DNA of 62,807 bases, counting the filler, from Pirum gemmata (lineage: Eukaryota), in the NCBI GenBank assembly GCA_002812295.1. It is 14 parts of 14 records of this genome, joined end to end, with 100 filler letters (N's around TTAATTAATTAA, not from the genome) between each part and the next. Parts side by side here need not be neighbours in the genome. Positions count along the whole stretch, not along the records: positions 1 to 4,388 come from PDIN01001224.1; positions 4,489 to 8,818 come from PDIN01001225.1; positions 8,919 to 13,279 come from PDIN01001226.1; 11 more parts are not named here. One strand, given 5' to 3'. The notes under the pieces are model-generated. The model worked only from the letters and a program-made list of their open reading frames with translations, had not been told where the DNA came from and searched no databases. Below, piece after piece: positions 1 through 13,010 of this stretch. The translations under genes were made by a program, and so were the position numbers. Position 1 is the first letter of the stretch. Each line of letters begins with the position of its first letter.

Positions 1-1790
1 TTTTATTATAATATTAATATAATAATTATTAATTCAATTGCATGTCATAATTCTTTATAATTGGTTATGTATTAATAATATTAATAAGTTATGATTATGC
101 GGATATATATAATTAAGTATAATATTATTAATATATATAATTATTATTAATACAATGTCAATAGTACATACTATATATATATTTATGTGTTTTGTATTTA
201 TGTTTTTACAAATACATATATTAATATAATATAATTATATTATGCATATATATTAATTATAGTATTAATATATTATATTAATATTAATTAAAGTAATAAT
301 ATTAATATTAATTAATTAATGATTATGATTTAATTAAGCGTTACTTTTTGTATACATATAAATATAAGAGTAGCAATAGTAGAATATGTATAATAATTAA
401 TAATAATCTTTAAGCTTTCGTTTACAATGTCATGTTATATGTAAATTTAAGGGTTATATGATAGTAATAAAAAGATTAAAATATTAAAAAAAAAAAAAAT
501 AAAAAAAAAAAAAACCCACAACGGATAAAAACTGCAAAATAATCCGCTGCCGAATCTTAACATCCTCCATTTTTAATAAAGGTACTATCAAAATATCAAA
601 AATCGTCTAACTAATTGCCCAGTTTTCTAGGCCCAGTTTTTAATAATAATAATAATTTGGGTAGTTATTAGTACTAAAGGTTTTTAGAAAAGAAGTCTAA
701 AAAAAAAAAGATTTCAACTATTTTATGTAAACATATTGAACGTATAATATTTATGATACATATATATTATAAAATAACAAAAAAATAAGAGATATTATTA
801 TCATAGATAGTTAAAAATTATCTCAAGAGTCCCAAGAAACCAAGTCGGGAAACCTGGGACCGGAAATTAAGAATTATAATATGTCATGTGTTTAATAACT
901 CTGAATTTATTTATTGAAACAAAATGAGAAAACGAGTATAATATTTTTTCATTTTAAAAAGTAGTAATAATGTTAATTTAATTAATTAAAATATAATAAA
1001 AAATTAATATTTATTATTATTTTTATTACGATTATTATATAATTAGTATTAAGTAGCTGAATATTCAATCAAACCCTTTTCATTGAAAAGTAATGATTAA
1101 TTTAAGGAAAGAAAGATTTATTAGTACTTTTATTACGATTATTAGTATTAATTAGTTGAATATTTATTCAAGTTATTTGGACAATTATTCCAGAATAAAC
1201 AACTTAAAAATTCAATGTAGAAAAGAATAAACAAAAAAGGACAGAAATTATACTCTTTCTATCATAAAGTTACTATATTGTATTGTACTATACTCTTTCT
1301 ATCATAAAGTTACATGCATATGTTACCGTACTATTAATTAAATTTTAAAAGTTTAAACTTATTTATTTACCCTTTGAAAGTTTGCCATTTTTATCTGGCT
1401 TGTTAGTTATTACAAAAAACACAACAATAGAATATAAAAATATTATTAATATCATAACATTATAAAAATTTTAAACAATATTATATTATTAATAGTATTT
1501 TAATATTAATATTATCAATAATTCTATGTATATAATATAGGTATAATAATACGTATAATAACATTATAATATATATTATAATAATTTATTATAATATAAT
1601 ACTATGATTTTTTATAATTATACAATATTAATAATAATATTTTTTTTAATCAATGATACTACTAACAGTAATAAAGTGTAATATTAATATTATGATAGTC
1701 TCCTGCTAGCTAGCTAGTGCCAAAACAAGAAAAAGGCTCTATTAGTATTAATACTAGTAGGAAAAATGCTGCTGTTTATATTTATTTACA

Positions 1791-1961
1791 GAGCTTTTCA
1801 TAAAATATACAATAAATAGTATCAAATTAATATAATATAAATCCATTTAATTTGTTTTAGTATATTTTATTATCTATATTATATTGATTTAAAAATGTCA
1901 ATTTGAAGATTATAACCCTCCAAATAAATATTCAGAGTGGCAAAATAAATGAAAAGCACTA
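1791..1961. mobile_element. MITE family A copy (one end degenerate)
   Basis: Internal sequence and end ...CAGAGTGGCAAAATAAATGAAAAGCACTA match the family A copies at 21461, 56823 and 59302. Confidence 0.75.
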
Positions 1962-1993
1962 TATAACAATTAAAATGAATAGGATAGGGTTAG

Positions 1994-2153
1994 GGGAGCG
2001 TTTAAATAATACGTCACGTCAAGGGGTAGGTAGGTGGGTAGTATTTGACCAGAAATTAACGTCGAGGGGTAAGTAGGTAGGTAGTATTTGGCCAGAAATT
2101 AACGTCGAGGGGTAGGTAGGTAAGTTAGCGTTCTGTTGTATTTGAAAGCTCCC
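1994..2153. mobile_element. MITE family D (GGGAGC..CAAATA TIRs, G-rich GGTA interior; PIF/Harbinger-like)
   Basis: Starts GGGAGCGTTTAAATA and ends TATTTGAAAGCTCCC. Homologous copies at 28662, 40580, 53247, 54419 and 56474. Confidence 0.75.
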
Positions 2154-4388
2154 TACTAGTATTACTAAGTAGGGTATCTGTAGATACTGTTTATTACCAA
2201 CCATACCACTGGCTGTCATCGCTATGCCAAGTTAATGTCAAAAACTGTCAAATGCGGGTAAACATTCTATAATTGGAAAATATAACTATTTAAAGTAATA
2301 TAGTTCTGGCATAATTGAAACTTATAACCATATAAAGTACTATTACGAATAGATGGTCCAAAAATTGACCATATTTAATAAATAATATAAATAGACTTGA
2401 TATAAATCAAGAAGTCCTTGTATAAATAGTAAAAGTATAATAATATGTATGATGGTATTTTGTAAAGGTTTTATTTACACATTATCATACCCAAACATAA
2501 ATACGAAACACTTTTAAATATAGTGGTTACTAGTAGCATTGTATAATAATAATTATCATATTATTAATAATATATTATATTAGTATCAGATAATACTATA
2601 ATATATAATATATTTTAATATGAATATGAAATTTAGGCATATTATATACCTCACATCTGGTAGTTTTCTAATAAATTTCTAGCTAGAGTAGGTTTTCTCT
2701 ATGATAACTAGTAGTAGTAAATTCTAGCTAGCTTCTCCCAATTCTGCATCGAGTTTTCGAGCCTAAGCATTAATTAAATAAATTCGAAAAAAAATTTTAA
2801 GCTTGTCTGATATCCAATGAAGTTTCCTATGAGATCTTGGCACCCAGCTTCATGGCGGATTATTGGATTAAAATCGGTTACACAATAATATAATAATGCC
2901 AGATAATAATGTTATGTACATACATTCATAAATGGTGCGTACGTACGCCTAGCTCGGACCTAGCTAGCTGGTAGAATGCTGGAAAAAATGCTGGCTGAAT
3001 GCTGCAGGAATGCTGCCACTATGCTAGTATAAGTATAACTGCTAGTATGCTGCCCAATTTTGTTTTTTCTTCGGATGACATTGGTGAAAACCTGACTTCG
3101 TCTTTTAGTTAATTAAGAAATACATTTGGAGACCTTTAGGTTAGATTCTAGAAGTAAAATAAACCCAACTTTTGGTTTTCACTCTACTAGAAACAGTTAT
3201 ATAAAAAGTTCTGAATATTATTATATCATAATAAATATATCATATTATTATAATATATATATCATATAAACATTATAATATATTATTATATATAAAAAAA
3301 AATAATAAATAAATAAAAAAATATGATAGACTAGTAAAAAACAACTGTAAAAAATAGGACGGTTTTTTGAAGATTGTTTGCTCAATTAATTTTTATATGA
3401 TTTATAATAAATAAATAAAATATATGAATAGTCTTGAGAAATAAAAAAAAGATTTTTGGGTTTGTTCAGATCTACAGTGTTTGTTCATTTATTATAGTAG
3501 CTGTGGACCTACACTAGCTAGCTAGTAGCTTAGAGTACTAGCTAGTAGAGCTGTAAATAGTAGATATCACTAACATACCACTAACTGCTCTAGTAGCATT
3601 GAAGTACTATTGAAGTTTTAGTTAGGGTTTGAACTTTGAAGTCGCTTTGAATACTTTTTGTAGTTTTCATACATATTTAGGAAAATATATAGGGTTAGTG
3701 ATTGGTCACAAACTTTGGTGCCAAATCGGTGGGTTGAATACTGGTTTTGAGGGTTTGAGAAACAAACCAAATTTTTTTTTTTTTTTTTTTATTTTNNNNN
3801 NNNNNNNNNNNNNNNNNNNNNNNNNNNNNNNNNNNNNNNNNNNNNNNNNNNNNNNNNNNNNNNNNNNNNNATAAAAAAAAAAGAACAAATAAAAATAAAA
3901 AAAACAAAACACAAAAACCAAAAAATTAAAAAAAAAAAAAACAAAGATACCCACAACATAATATTATTTATAATATTCATCTATCGTGCAATAGTATTAG
4001 GCAATAGTATGCAAAACTATACAATCACTGTATCAGTTGTATGCAATCATAATAATAATAAAAAAATGAAAATGCTTACGATACCAAAACAAGGTTTTCT
4101 ATTTTTAGCATTTTTTTTTGTTTTTTGATATTATTATTGGTCAAATAAGACAATGGGCAGACCAGTGGTTGGCTTCTCCCAATTCTGCTTTGTTTTTTTT
4201 CAAAAAAAAAAAATCTAGTGGGCAGGTCAACCAGTAGTATGATACTATGATACGATGTCATAAAAAAACAAAAAAACAAAAAAACATTATGAAATTTTTT
4301 TTTAAAAAATAAATACTTTTTTGTTGTTTTTGGTTTTGTTTGCTGTAAAATCATAAGTAAATTATTTCTAATATTATTATTATTATTA

Positions 4389-4488
4389 NNNNNNNNNNNN
4401 NNNNNNNNNNNNNNNNNNNNNNNNNNNNNNNNTTAATTAATTAANNNNNNNNNNNNNNNNNNNNNNNNNNNNNNNNNNNNNNNNNNNN
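4389..4488. other. Artificial contig spacer N44-TTAATTAATTAA-N44 (first of 13; others start at 8819, 13280, 17744, 22227, 26710, 31173, 35655, 40138, 45252, 49683, 53874, 58330)
   Basis: Identical 100-nt linker with a stop-in-all-frames 12-mer, recurring about every 4.4 kb. Contigs often end in simple repeats or in the middle of an element. Confidence 0.98.
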
Positions 4489-4610
4489 GATTATGATTAT
4501 GATTATGATTATTATTATTATAATTATAAGAATTATTAATTTATTACAAATACAATGTGTCATTCAACAAACAACAGATTTTCTTAATGTGACGAGTGCT
4601 ACAAATTGTT

Positions 4611-4842
4611 AAATTCAAAATGCAATTAAACAAGCGATAAGAATCTTGCAAAAACACATGGAAGCAAATTGTATTAGGCAAAGAAGATTTATTAATAAAC
4701 GGTTTTAAAAAATAGTAAGATCAACCAAAAAATTCAAAATGCAATTAAACAAGCGATTAGAATCTTGCAAAACACAAGGAAGCAAACTGTATTAGGTAAA
4801 CAAGATTTATTAATAAACAGTTTTAAAAAATAGTAAGATCAA
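4611..4842 (+). repeat. Tandem duplication, two copies, period 119 bp
   Basis: AAATTCAAAATGCAATTAAACAAGCGAT...AATAGTAAGATCAAC starts at 4611 and again at 4730. Confidence 0.85.
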
Positions 4843-5293
4843 CGTTTTGTGAAAAAATGAACGGCTACTATGTTAGAGATCCACTGATTTCAACTAGTAA
4901 AAAAAAAGATTTTCTTCGAAAACCTTTTCTTTACTAGTGGAAATACTACAGTAATTTAGTAAAGAAAGTAAAAATACATTAAGTAATTTTATTAAAAATA
5001 ATTCATAAGATTAAAAAATAAAAATAAAATTTTATAAAAAAAACAAGGTCTACAAGAGCAAAACAACACAACACAATAACCATGGCTATGAGACAAAATA
5101 AAAACAAAAACAAAAAAACAAAAAAACAGAAAACAAATATATCAAAAGTGGCAAATTTCCAAGTTTTTATAAAACCCCTAGAAATTATTAAAACCAACTT
5201 GATGAAATTAATTTAGCATAACTATTCCCACGCAAAAAAGCGACACGAAAAAAGTCGTAAAGCGTTCTACTAAAAGCATGCATATAGGGTGAG

Positions 5294-5420
5294 AAGGGGT
5301 CAAGGGGTCAAGGGGTCAAGGGGTCAAGGGGTCAAGGGGTCAAGGGTTAAGGGTTAAGGGTTAAGGGTTAAGGGTCAAAAGGTCAAAGGGTCAAAAGGTC
5401 AAGGTCAAGGGGGTCAAGGA
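5294..5420 (+). repeat. G-rich telomere-like minisatellite (AAGGGGTC)n grading into (AAGGGTT)n
   Basis: Directly visible 8-mer array followed by a 7-mer array. Confidence 0.85.
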
Positions 5421-6296
5421 TTAGGTAACAAGAACAAGAACATTTTAAAAAAATAATAATAAATGTAGTCAAAGTCACAAGTCGACAGTAGCATTCCAAG
5501 TTTTAAATAAAAACCAGCTTCAACTCCAAAAAGGTCTAAAAAAATACATGGAAAAAAGTGTAAGTTAAATAATACCAACAAAAATAACAAAAATTATAAC
5601 AAAAGCAACAAAAAAAACAATAACAAAAAAAAACAAGATAAAAATAACCACTGGGAACAATAACAGGAACAACAATAAAAAAAACAAAACCAGGAGCAAC
5701 AAACACTAAAAACCATAACACACGGCAAAATAAATAACGGTTAAATATGTTTCAGACTCAAAAAAATTACAACAAATGTATTTCAGACATATGCTTGTCA
5801 ATTTTAATTTTCATCATTAAAAAACCAAAAAAAAAACTCCCTTAAAAAAAATTGAAAAAAAACAAATATAAATAAAAACGACAAATACGTAAATTACTAA
5901 TATACGATCGTTTAAAATTTGTCAAAACGAACATAAACTCGCAATAAGCTTGTATAGAATTCAATACCTAAGATGACATTGGCGAAGTGGCTCTATTTTG
6001 CAATCATGCCGTCAAAGAACTTTTTGGAGAATGAATAAAGCTAATAAAACAAATAGAACCTTTAAACAAAAAAAACCTATAAAAAATGGAAACAAAACAA
6101 AAAATTAGTAAACAATAAAAAGCAATACTAAACCGTATACTTAAATAATATCAGAAATGTAAAATCTTAATAACAATAACAAAACAAGAATAATAACAAG
6201 AATAACAATAACAAGAATAACAACAACAATAACAACAAAACAAGAATAACAATAAAATATCAATAAAATATCAATAAAATAAAATAACAAAATAAC

Positions 6297-6339
<43 letters not shown>

Positions 6340-6640
6340 GTAATAATAACAACAATAATAATAATAATAAAATATTTGAAAGAGGACTGACGATTCTAAA
6401 ACCGTAATTCACAAAGCTAATAACTAACTTTAATGATTTATAACAAAGAATCGTTAATTATATCTATCAAAAAATCTACGCCCTCCGAAATGTGTCAAAC
6501 TCATTGAAAAGGAGAAATCTACAACCAAGAGAGCGATAACAGATAAAGAAACAAAAAGAACATCAACCGAAAACCAACAAAATCAATAAAACTGAATAGT
6601 AGAGCAACAATAACAGTAACAATGTTATAAGAATGATAAT

Positions 6641-6678
<38 letters not shown>

Positions 6679-7016
6679 TCAGTAAAGCGCAAAATAAAGA
6701 GTATAGTAAAAGCAATAGAAATATCAATTTAAAAAGCAAAATTAAAAAAAATTCAAAACAAAATAAAACAAAACAAAACAAAACAAAAACAAACCAAAAA
6801 CAAAAACAAACCAAAAACAAAAACAAACCAAAAACAAAAACAAACCAAAAACAAAAACAACACAAGAGAAAACAACAACACAAGATAAAACAGCACAAGA
6901 TAAAACAGCACACGAAATGATAAAACAAAACAAAACAAAACAAACAAACAAAATAAAACCAAACCAAACCAAACCAAAACAAAACAAAGCAAAGCAAAAC
7001 AAAACAAAACAAAACA

Positions 7017-7283
7017 AAACCAGAACAAATTAAACAAAACCAGAACAGATTAAACAAAACCAGAACAGATTAAGCAAAACCAGAACAGATTAAGCAAAAC
7101 CAGAACAGATTAAGCAAAACCAAGAACAGACTAAGCAAAACCAAGAACAGATTAAGCAAAACCAAGAACAGATTAAGCAAAACCAAGAACAGATTAAGCA
7201 AAACAAAGAACAGATTAAGCAAAACAAAGAACAGATTAAGCAAAACCAGAACAGATTAAGCAAAACAGAACAGATTAAGCAAA
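7017..7283 (+). repeat. 20/21-bp minisatellite AAAACC(A)AGAACAGATTAAGC, about 12 copies
   Basis: Directly visible tandem units, embedded in an AAAAC-rich low-complexity tract. Confidence 0.9.
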
Positions 7284-7447
7284 ACAAAACGCAAAAGACA
7301 TAACACAAAAACAATAAACCAACATACATATTATAAAATACAACAAAAACAGTAGAAAATAAACTAACCTCCAAAAATTGAAAATGAATTTTTTTCCTAA
7401 ATGTTTTGTTTGAATTTGCTTTTATACTAAAATAGTCGAGTCTAGTG

Positions 7448-7500
<53 letters not shown>

Positions 7501-7921
7501 GAAAAAGTATTGAAAACAAAAAAAAAAAACCAACAAAAAAAAATTTCCATAAATTTTTTTTGTAACAGTGTAGTAACAGTGTAGTAACGCATGTTCCTCG
7601 TGAGAGGGACAAAGAAAGCTTGAATTTTTACATTCTTTTTCCTACCGTACCGGCAGTTGTACCGGCCCTCCTTCATTTGGTGGTTCTAACGGGAATTAAG
7701 CAAATGATATCCACTTTAAATATATTTATAAAGAAGGGGGTAACAGTGGCGTAACTTTGAAAAATATGAAAACGAAAACAATGACGAACTATGTTACTCT
7801 GCATGAAAAAAAAATCTCTGAAAAATCTTATACGATAGTCTAGTCTATATAATAATATTATGATATTATAATAAAAATAGACTCAACACAAACCACGCCA
7901 CGTTTTGAAAGTTTTCTGCTT

Positions 7922-8212
7922 TGTTTGAAAAACTGAAATAAACATACCAAATAGTTATTATAGTGAAACTATTAGGCATGTTTTAGTTAATCTGGTATTT
8001 TTTATATAATGTTGTATTTTATAAATACCTACCAAACTAAAGAAAGTGAAAAAATATCTCTTATTTGCCCTCTCAATCTTTAATTTGGTACTGTTTAAGT
8101 GTATAATTGAACTTGTTTATAGAATACAAAACGAAATATAAAATACCAAATTGAGTAAAACATGTCTGATTAATAATAATTTGGTATGTTTAAATTTATT
8201 TCAGTTTTTCCA
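7922..8212. mobile_element. Two partial MITE family B copies in inverted orientation
   Basis: AAAACTGAAATAAACATACCAAA... and its reverse complement ...TTTATTTCAGTTTTT flank CAATCTTTAATTTGGTACTGTTTAAGTGTATAATTGAAC, which matches the family B interior. Confidence 0.6.
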
Positions 8213-8388
8213 GTAGTAGGTATAGGTAAGTATAGGTCCTAATAATAATAATAATAATAATAATAATTAAAATAATCCTTATCCTTTGCCTTATAATAAT
8301 AGTATATTATCATTATAATAATAATCATCCTTATCATATCATTATCCTTAAAATGTATTATTATTATTATTATTACATTTGTATTTAG

Positions 8389-8640
8389 CCTGGGTCACCG
8401 GGAAAACCACAAAGAAAACCTTCAAGGATAACAAAAGCTTTTACCAGTACAAGTAAACCTACAGGTAAACCCACGGGTAAGCCCACGGGCAAGCCACTAA
8501 AACGCGTGAGCAAAGACTCAATTCAAACCTCAGTAGACGAACATGGTATTATAATAAAAATAAAAATTCTAGTGCTACTAAATAAGAATACTACTCGTCA
8601 GAAATTCTCTTTAAAAAAACTAACCTCTAGTATTGGCGTC
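8389..8640 (+). CDS. Putative internal coding exon with (KPTG)x3 repeats, unknown protein
   Basis: Acceptor tttgtatttAG ends at 8388. Open frame PGSPGKPQRKPSRITKAFTSTSKPTGKPTGKPTGKPLKRVSKDSIQTSVDEH... The 12-nt repeats vary at synonymous positions (AAA CCT ACA GGT / AAA CCC ACG GGT / AAG CCC ACG GGC). Donor GTTAGT at 8641, alternative GTATTA at 8546. Confidence 0.5.
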
Positions 8641-8757
8641 GTTAGTACTCTACTACTACTTCTACTTCTACTTCTTCTACTACTAATACTTCTACTTCTA
8701 CTTCTACTTCTACTTCTACTTCTACTACTACCGCCATCACCACCATCACTACTACTG

Positions 8758-8818
<61 letters not shown>

Positions 8819-9828
8819 NNNNNNNNNNNNNNNNNNNNNNNNNNNNNNNNNNNNNNNNNNNNTTAATTAATTAANNNNNNNNNNNNNNNNNNNNNNNNNN
8901 NNNNNNNNNNNNNNNNNNATTATTATTATTGTTGTTGTTGTTGTTATCTGGTATTTTATTTTGTATACCGGTACACACATTTCAATATACATGTTGACTA
9001 ATAATCTTAGTCCTGGGGACCTGGGGTTACGTCAGTAAATTGTCTCTCTCAGTCTATTTTTTTAAAAGTTACTATAAATAGCAACTACAATACAGTTACA
9101 ATACGCTGCAATTAGCACTAAATCAAAATTGAGAGGGGCCAAAGACACCAAAGTCCCCCAAATCATATATAAAGAAAAAAATACATTTTAAAACACACAG
9201 TTACACACTACAACAGCACACAAATTCAAAATAGTCTATAGACTAATAGACCTAACTCGAAAAAAAAAAAGAAAACTACGATATCACATAGGAATGATAG
9301 GACTTGAAACTGGACTTCAACTCAAATCTACAACCTACAACAAACCCAACAAATCAGCTCTAAATAAAACCCACCTAAAACATCTGAGACAACATAAAAA
9401 GTTTTTTTCAAAAATCACAAAAAACAAAGAAAACCCTTTCAATTAATTACCTTCAAGAAATCAAAACAAAAATAACTTAACATTTCAAAACACTGCAAAA
9501 ACAACAATAAAATAAAAAAAAACCCCTACAACAAAAACTAAAATACATCGACAGTAACACTTTAACATCAGAAACTCTAACACAAAAATACAAAATAATG
9601 ACAACACTAGAAAACGTATACCAAAAATACAAAACAATGACAACACTAGAAAATGTATACCAATATATAAACAACAAAAACAAAATAAGTAACTTCAAAA
9701 TACAACAGTGAACTTCTATGCTATCTTTTATATCGGTATATGTGTCATTGACAAGGAATTCAAATCCTTGCATATTATTAGTTATATTATTTAATAATAT
9801 TTTTAATACATTATGATAGTTATTATAT

Positions 9829-9876
9829 ATAGCAAAAATTCGGTTATTTTCGCGAAAATAACCGAATTTTTGCTAT
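9829..9876. repeat. Perfect 48-bp spacerless palindrome
   Basis: ATAGCAAAAATTCGGTTATTTTCG|CGAAAATAACCGAATTTTTGCTAT, checked base by base. Confidence 0.95.
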
Positions 9877-10322
9877 TTGATTTTGATGTATTACTTGTAA
9901 TGCATAATAAATACTTCTTGATTATTGATTGAAATATTATCGATAGTGAAATATTTTATAGTGTGTGCGAAAATTTATAAGTTTGATTATTTTTCCCAAT
10001 TTTTCTTTTTCTTTTTGACTCGAGAGTCGAGAGTATGACGAGCCAAAAGTACCAAAGCTAGGCTGCCAAAGCATGTAGAGTAGGGTTGGTCACTGGTCAG
10101 GTCTGAGGGATCTATGGCACTATACTACCAAGTACCAAGACTATACCAAGCCGGATAAAAATGGCGACAACCGCCATATATGAGCTCAAAATCCAAAATC
10201 TCAAAATTATTATCCAATGAAAAGTAGCAGATGAAAGTGAGTGTGTATTTTTTTTTTGTTTTTTTCTCTACTATAAGTCGCTACAGACTACTAGCTAGCT
10301 AGTCCTAGCTAGAGAGTAGCTA

Positions 10323-10506
10323 TCGTGCTTTTCTTTTATTTTGTCACTCGAATATTTATTTGGTTGTTTATAATATTTAAATTGATACTTTTAAATAAAT
10401 AAATATTTAATAAAATATACCAAATTAAATTAAATGGATTTATATTGTATTAATTTGGTAGTATTTATTGTATATTTTGTGACGACAAAATAACTGAAAA
10501 GCACGA
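10323..10506. mobile_element. MITE family A copy (about 185 bp, TIR TCGTGCTTTTC..TTTTGTC)
   Basis: TCGTGCTTTTC...GACAAAATAACTGAAAAGCACGA; interior shared with more than 8 other copies in the window. Confidence 0.85.
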
Positions 10507-12819
10507 GGAGTCCAGCAGAGAAAGCGAGGCAAAGTTACGCTGTCAGACTCCCTCGGATTGGTCACTTTGAGCACAAAAAAGGAAAAAAGAGATTTCAGAA
10601 AAAATTTAATCTAGTTCTTTTCTTTTGCGCCTCTTTCGCTAGGCTTCTTTCGCAGGTTCCTCTAACTCTAGTCTTCTAACTATGATAGTGTTGAACAGCT
10701 GTTGAACTACAGTTCTTCTCTGGTGTTCTTCTCTGGCTGGTGTTCTTCTACAGAATTAATATGATATAATAATCATAATGCTTTGCTAGCTAGCAGTTAG
10801 CTAGCAGAATTTTGCTAGAATTTTGCAAGTCAAGCTTGCTTAGCTTCATTCAGTGCTTGCTTGGTTCCTGAAAAATAGTTTCCTCCAACGATGATTCAGT
10901 GATGATTCTGTGTTTTTTGACAATGTTGACAAGTATCTTGTTTTTAATTAAGACATGGTGCTCCCAAATTTGTTTGAATTTCTTACCCATAGATAATAAA
11001 TATGATACAGTATAAATACCCAAAATGCTTCCAAGTTTAAAATATTGAGTTTGTAATGGGTTTTACGCTTTTCAATAATTAGTGATTATTGTTTGCAAAA
11101 CAAGATATTATTGTTACGTATATATACTATATTTTTATTAGCGTGTATATCTGATATAAATTATATAATACATCATGCTGTTTCTATTTATTAGTCAATA
11201 ATAATCATGGTGAACATTTTACAATAATAATTTGTTGTATGAAGTTCTGTATAATTTTATAATCAATTGATTATAATGTTATTGTCATTATTGTAGATAG
11301 TTATTGTTACGATTTGTTATATACGAGTTTATTATTATTATTATTGTCATTAGTATTGTTGCTAACTAATAAAATAATAATGCTATTATTGTTATTGTTA
11401 TTGTTATTGTTATTAGTTGAATAGCAATAAAAAATAACAACATGATATCATTATGTAAAACAACAATAATGTTATTATAGCCACAAAAGCAACAGCAATA
11501 ATACTAATGCTGCTAATAATAAACATTTAATAACAATAACGATAACGATAACCAATAACCAGCAATAATCAATCTTAAATTATTATTTTAGGTTATTGTT
11601 TATTACTTATGAAGGTATGAGAGTGTAGGGTGTGAGGGTGGTAAGGTGTGAAGTTGCGAGGGTATGAAGTTGTGAAGGTGTTAGAATAGGGTGTGATCAG
11701 CAAGTAGCTAGATTATGCAGTATTAATTAATTAGTATACTTACCTGAATATTATATACCTTATTATCCCTTGTTAACTCGAACCCTGACAGTACCCTAAC
11801 CCAGAACCCTGTTTTGGATTGTTTAGAAATTTAATTTATCGATAGACTATCTGTTACAGAGTCATACAGAAGTCATCAGCAGAAGTCATACAGACCAGAT
11901 ACAGACTAATATATCTTATTTATATATAATAAATATCATATATATACTACTATATATATTATATTCGAGATATTATTATAATAGACCCGTCTATTCTATA
12001 AAATCCGCAGATAAAATCCAATTCACGCTCTGATTCATGAGAAAAGTCACGTGACTTTTTGCAATAATATTATTATATCCGATATAACAACAATAATAAT
12101 AATGCCTGATAATAATGCTATAACACTACTTTTTAACTTTTTTAACATCACAATATTTATAGAAAGTGATAATATTGATTTATACATTAATAATAACATA
12201 GAACTACTACCACAGAGGATACCACCCAACGTCTACTACTACTAGGGAATAGGGACTCTTATTATCGATTAGTACCAGAGTAGTCTTGATTATTTTTTAA
12301 ACATAAAATACTTTGTGTAAATCAGAAAATCTACACTGATTCTACAGTAGCTAATAGTAGCTAGGCCTATGATACAATAAATATCATAAGCAGTTAGCTA
12401 GCTAGTAGCTATAAACCTATTTTACTTTTTTTGTTATGATGACTCAATCAGACCTGTTCAATCACTATTCAATCCATCACTATTGTAGCATATCAGATAT
12501 GATTATGGGGTTATTAGACTAATGGCAGTCGTTGGTCAATGTCATACATACAGTCTGGTCATATGTTACAGAGAAATTAAACTGAAATTAACTTCTTTAG
12601 TACCATAGTAGCTAGCTACTAGCTAGGAGAGTACTAGAAGGTCAAATTAATTTCTGACGCCACATAAATTGACATAATTATTTGCTTGAACTAGTTTATT
12701 TCTTGTAGTTTATCTTACATATAATTATATTATTTTATGTAGACACTTTTTGCGACAAATGTGAGTAAATGTGCGAATATTACTGGCACTTTTGTATATC
12801 GATACTTCGATATAATCTA

Positions 12820-13010
12820 TCGTGCATTTCATTTATTTTGTCACTCCGAATATTTATTTGGAGGGTTATAATCTTTAAATTGACAATTTTAAATCAATAT
12901 ACAGATAACAAAATATACCAAATTAGATNTAGATTAAATGAATTTAAATTATATTAATTTGGTACTATTTATTGTATACTTTATAATGACAAAACAACTG
13001 AAAAGCACTG
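12820..13010. mobile_element. MITE family A copy (a further copy from about 13214 is cut by the contig end)
   Basis: TCGTGCATTTCATTTATTTTGTCACTCCGAATATTTATTTGG...GACAAAACAACTGAAAAGCAC. Confidence 0.85.

Noticed and set aside
2019..2219. Similar small ORFs at 2019, 28629 and 56477 (PTYLPLDV motif) suggesting a peptide family
   Set aside because: They are translations of MITE family D, with inconsistent starts and frames.
4433..4444. TTAATTAATTAA recurring every ~4.4 kb as a biological periodic signal
   Set aside because: Always centred in N44 pads; it is an assembly linker.
6563..7536. Overlapping 90-160 aa hydrophobic ORFs (FCFV/CLICS repeats)
   Set aside because: Translations of AAAAC microsatellites and the 20/21-bp minisatellite; open in several frames at once.
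11736..11746. ATACTTACCTG identical to the U1 snRNA 5' end
   Set aside because: The downstream sequence lacks U1 stems and an Sm site; it is equally the reverse complement of a consensus splice donor.
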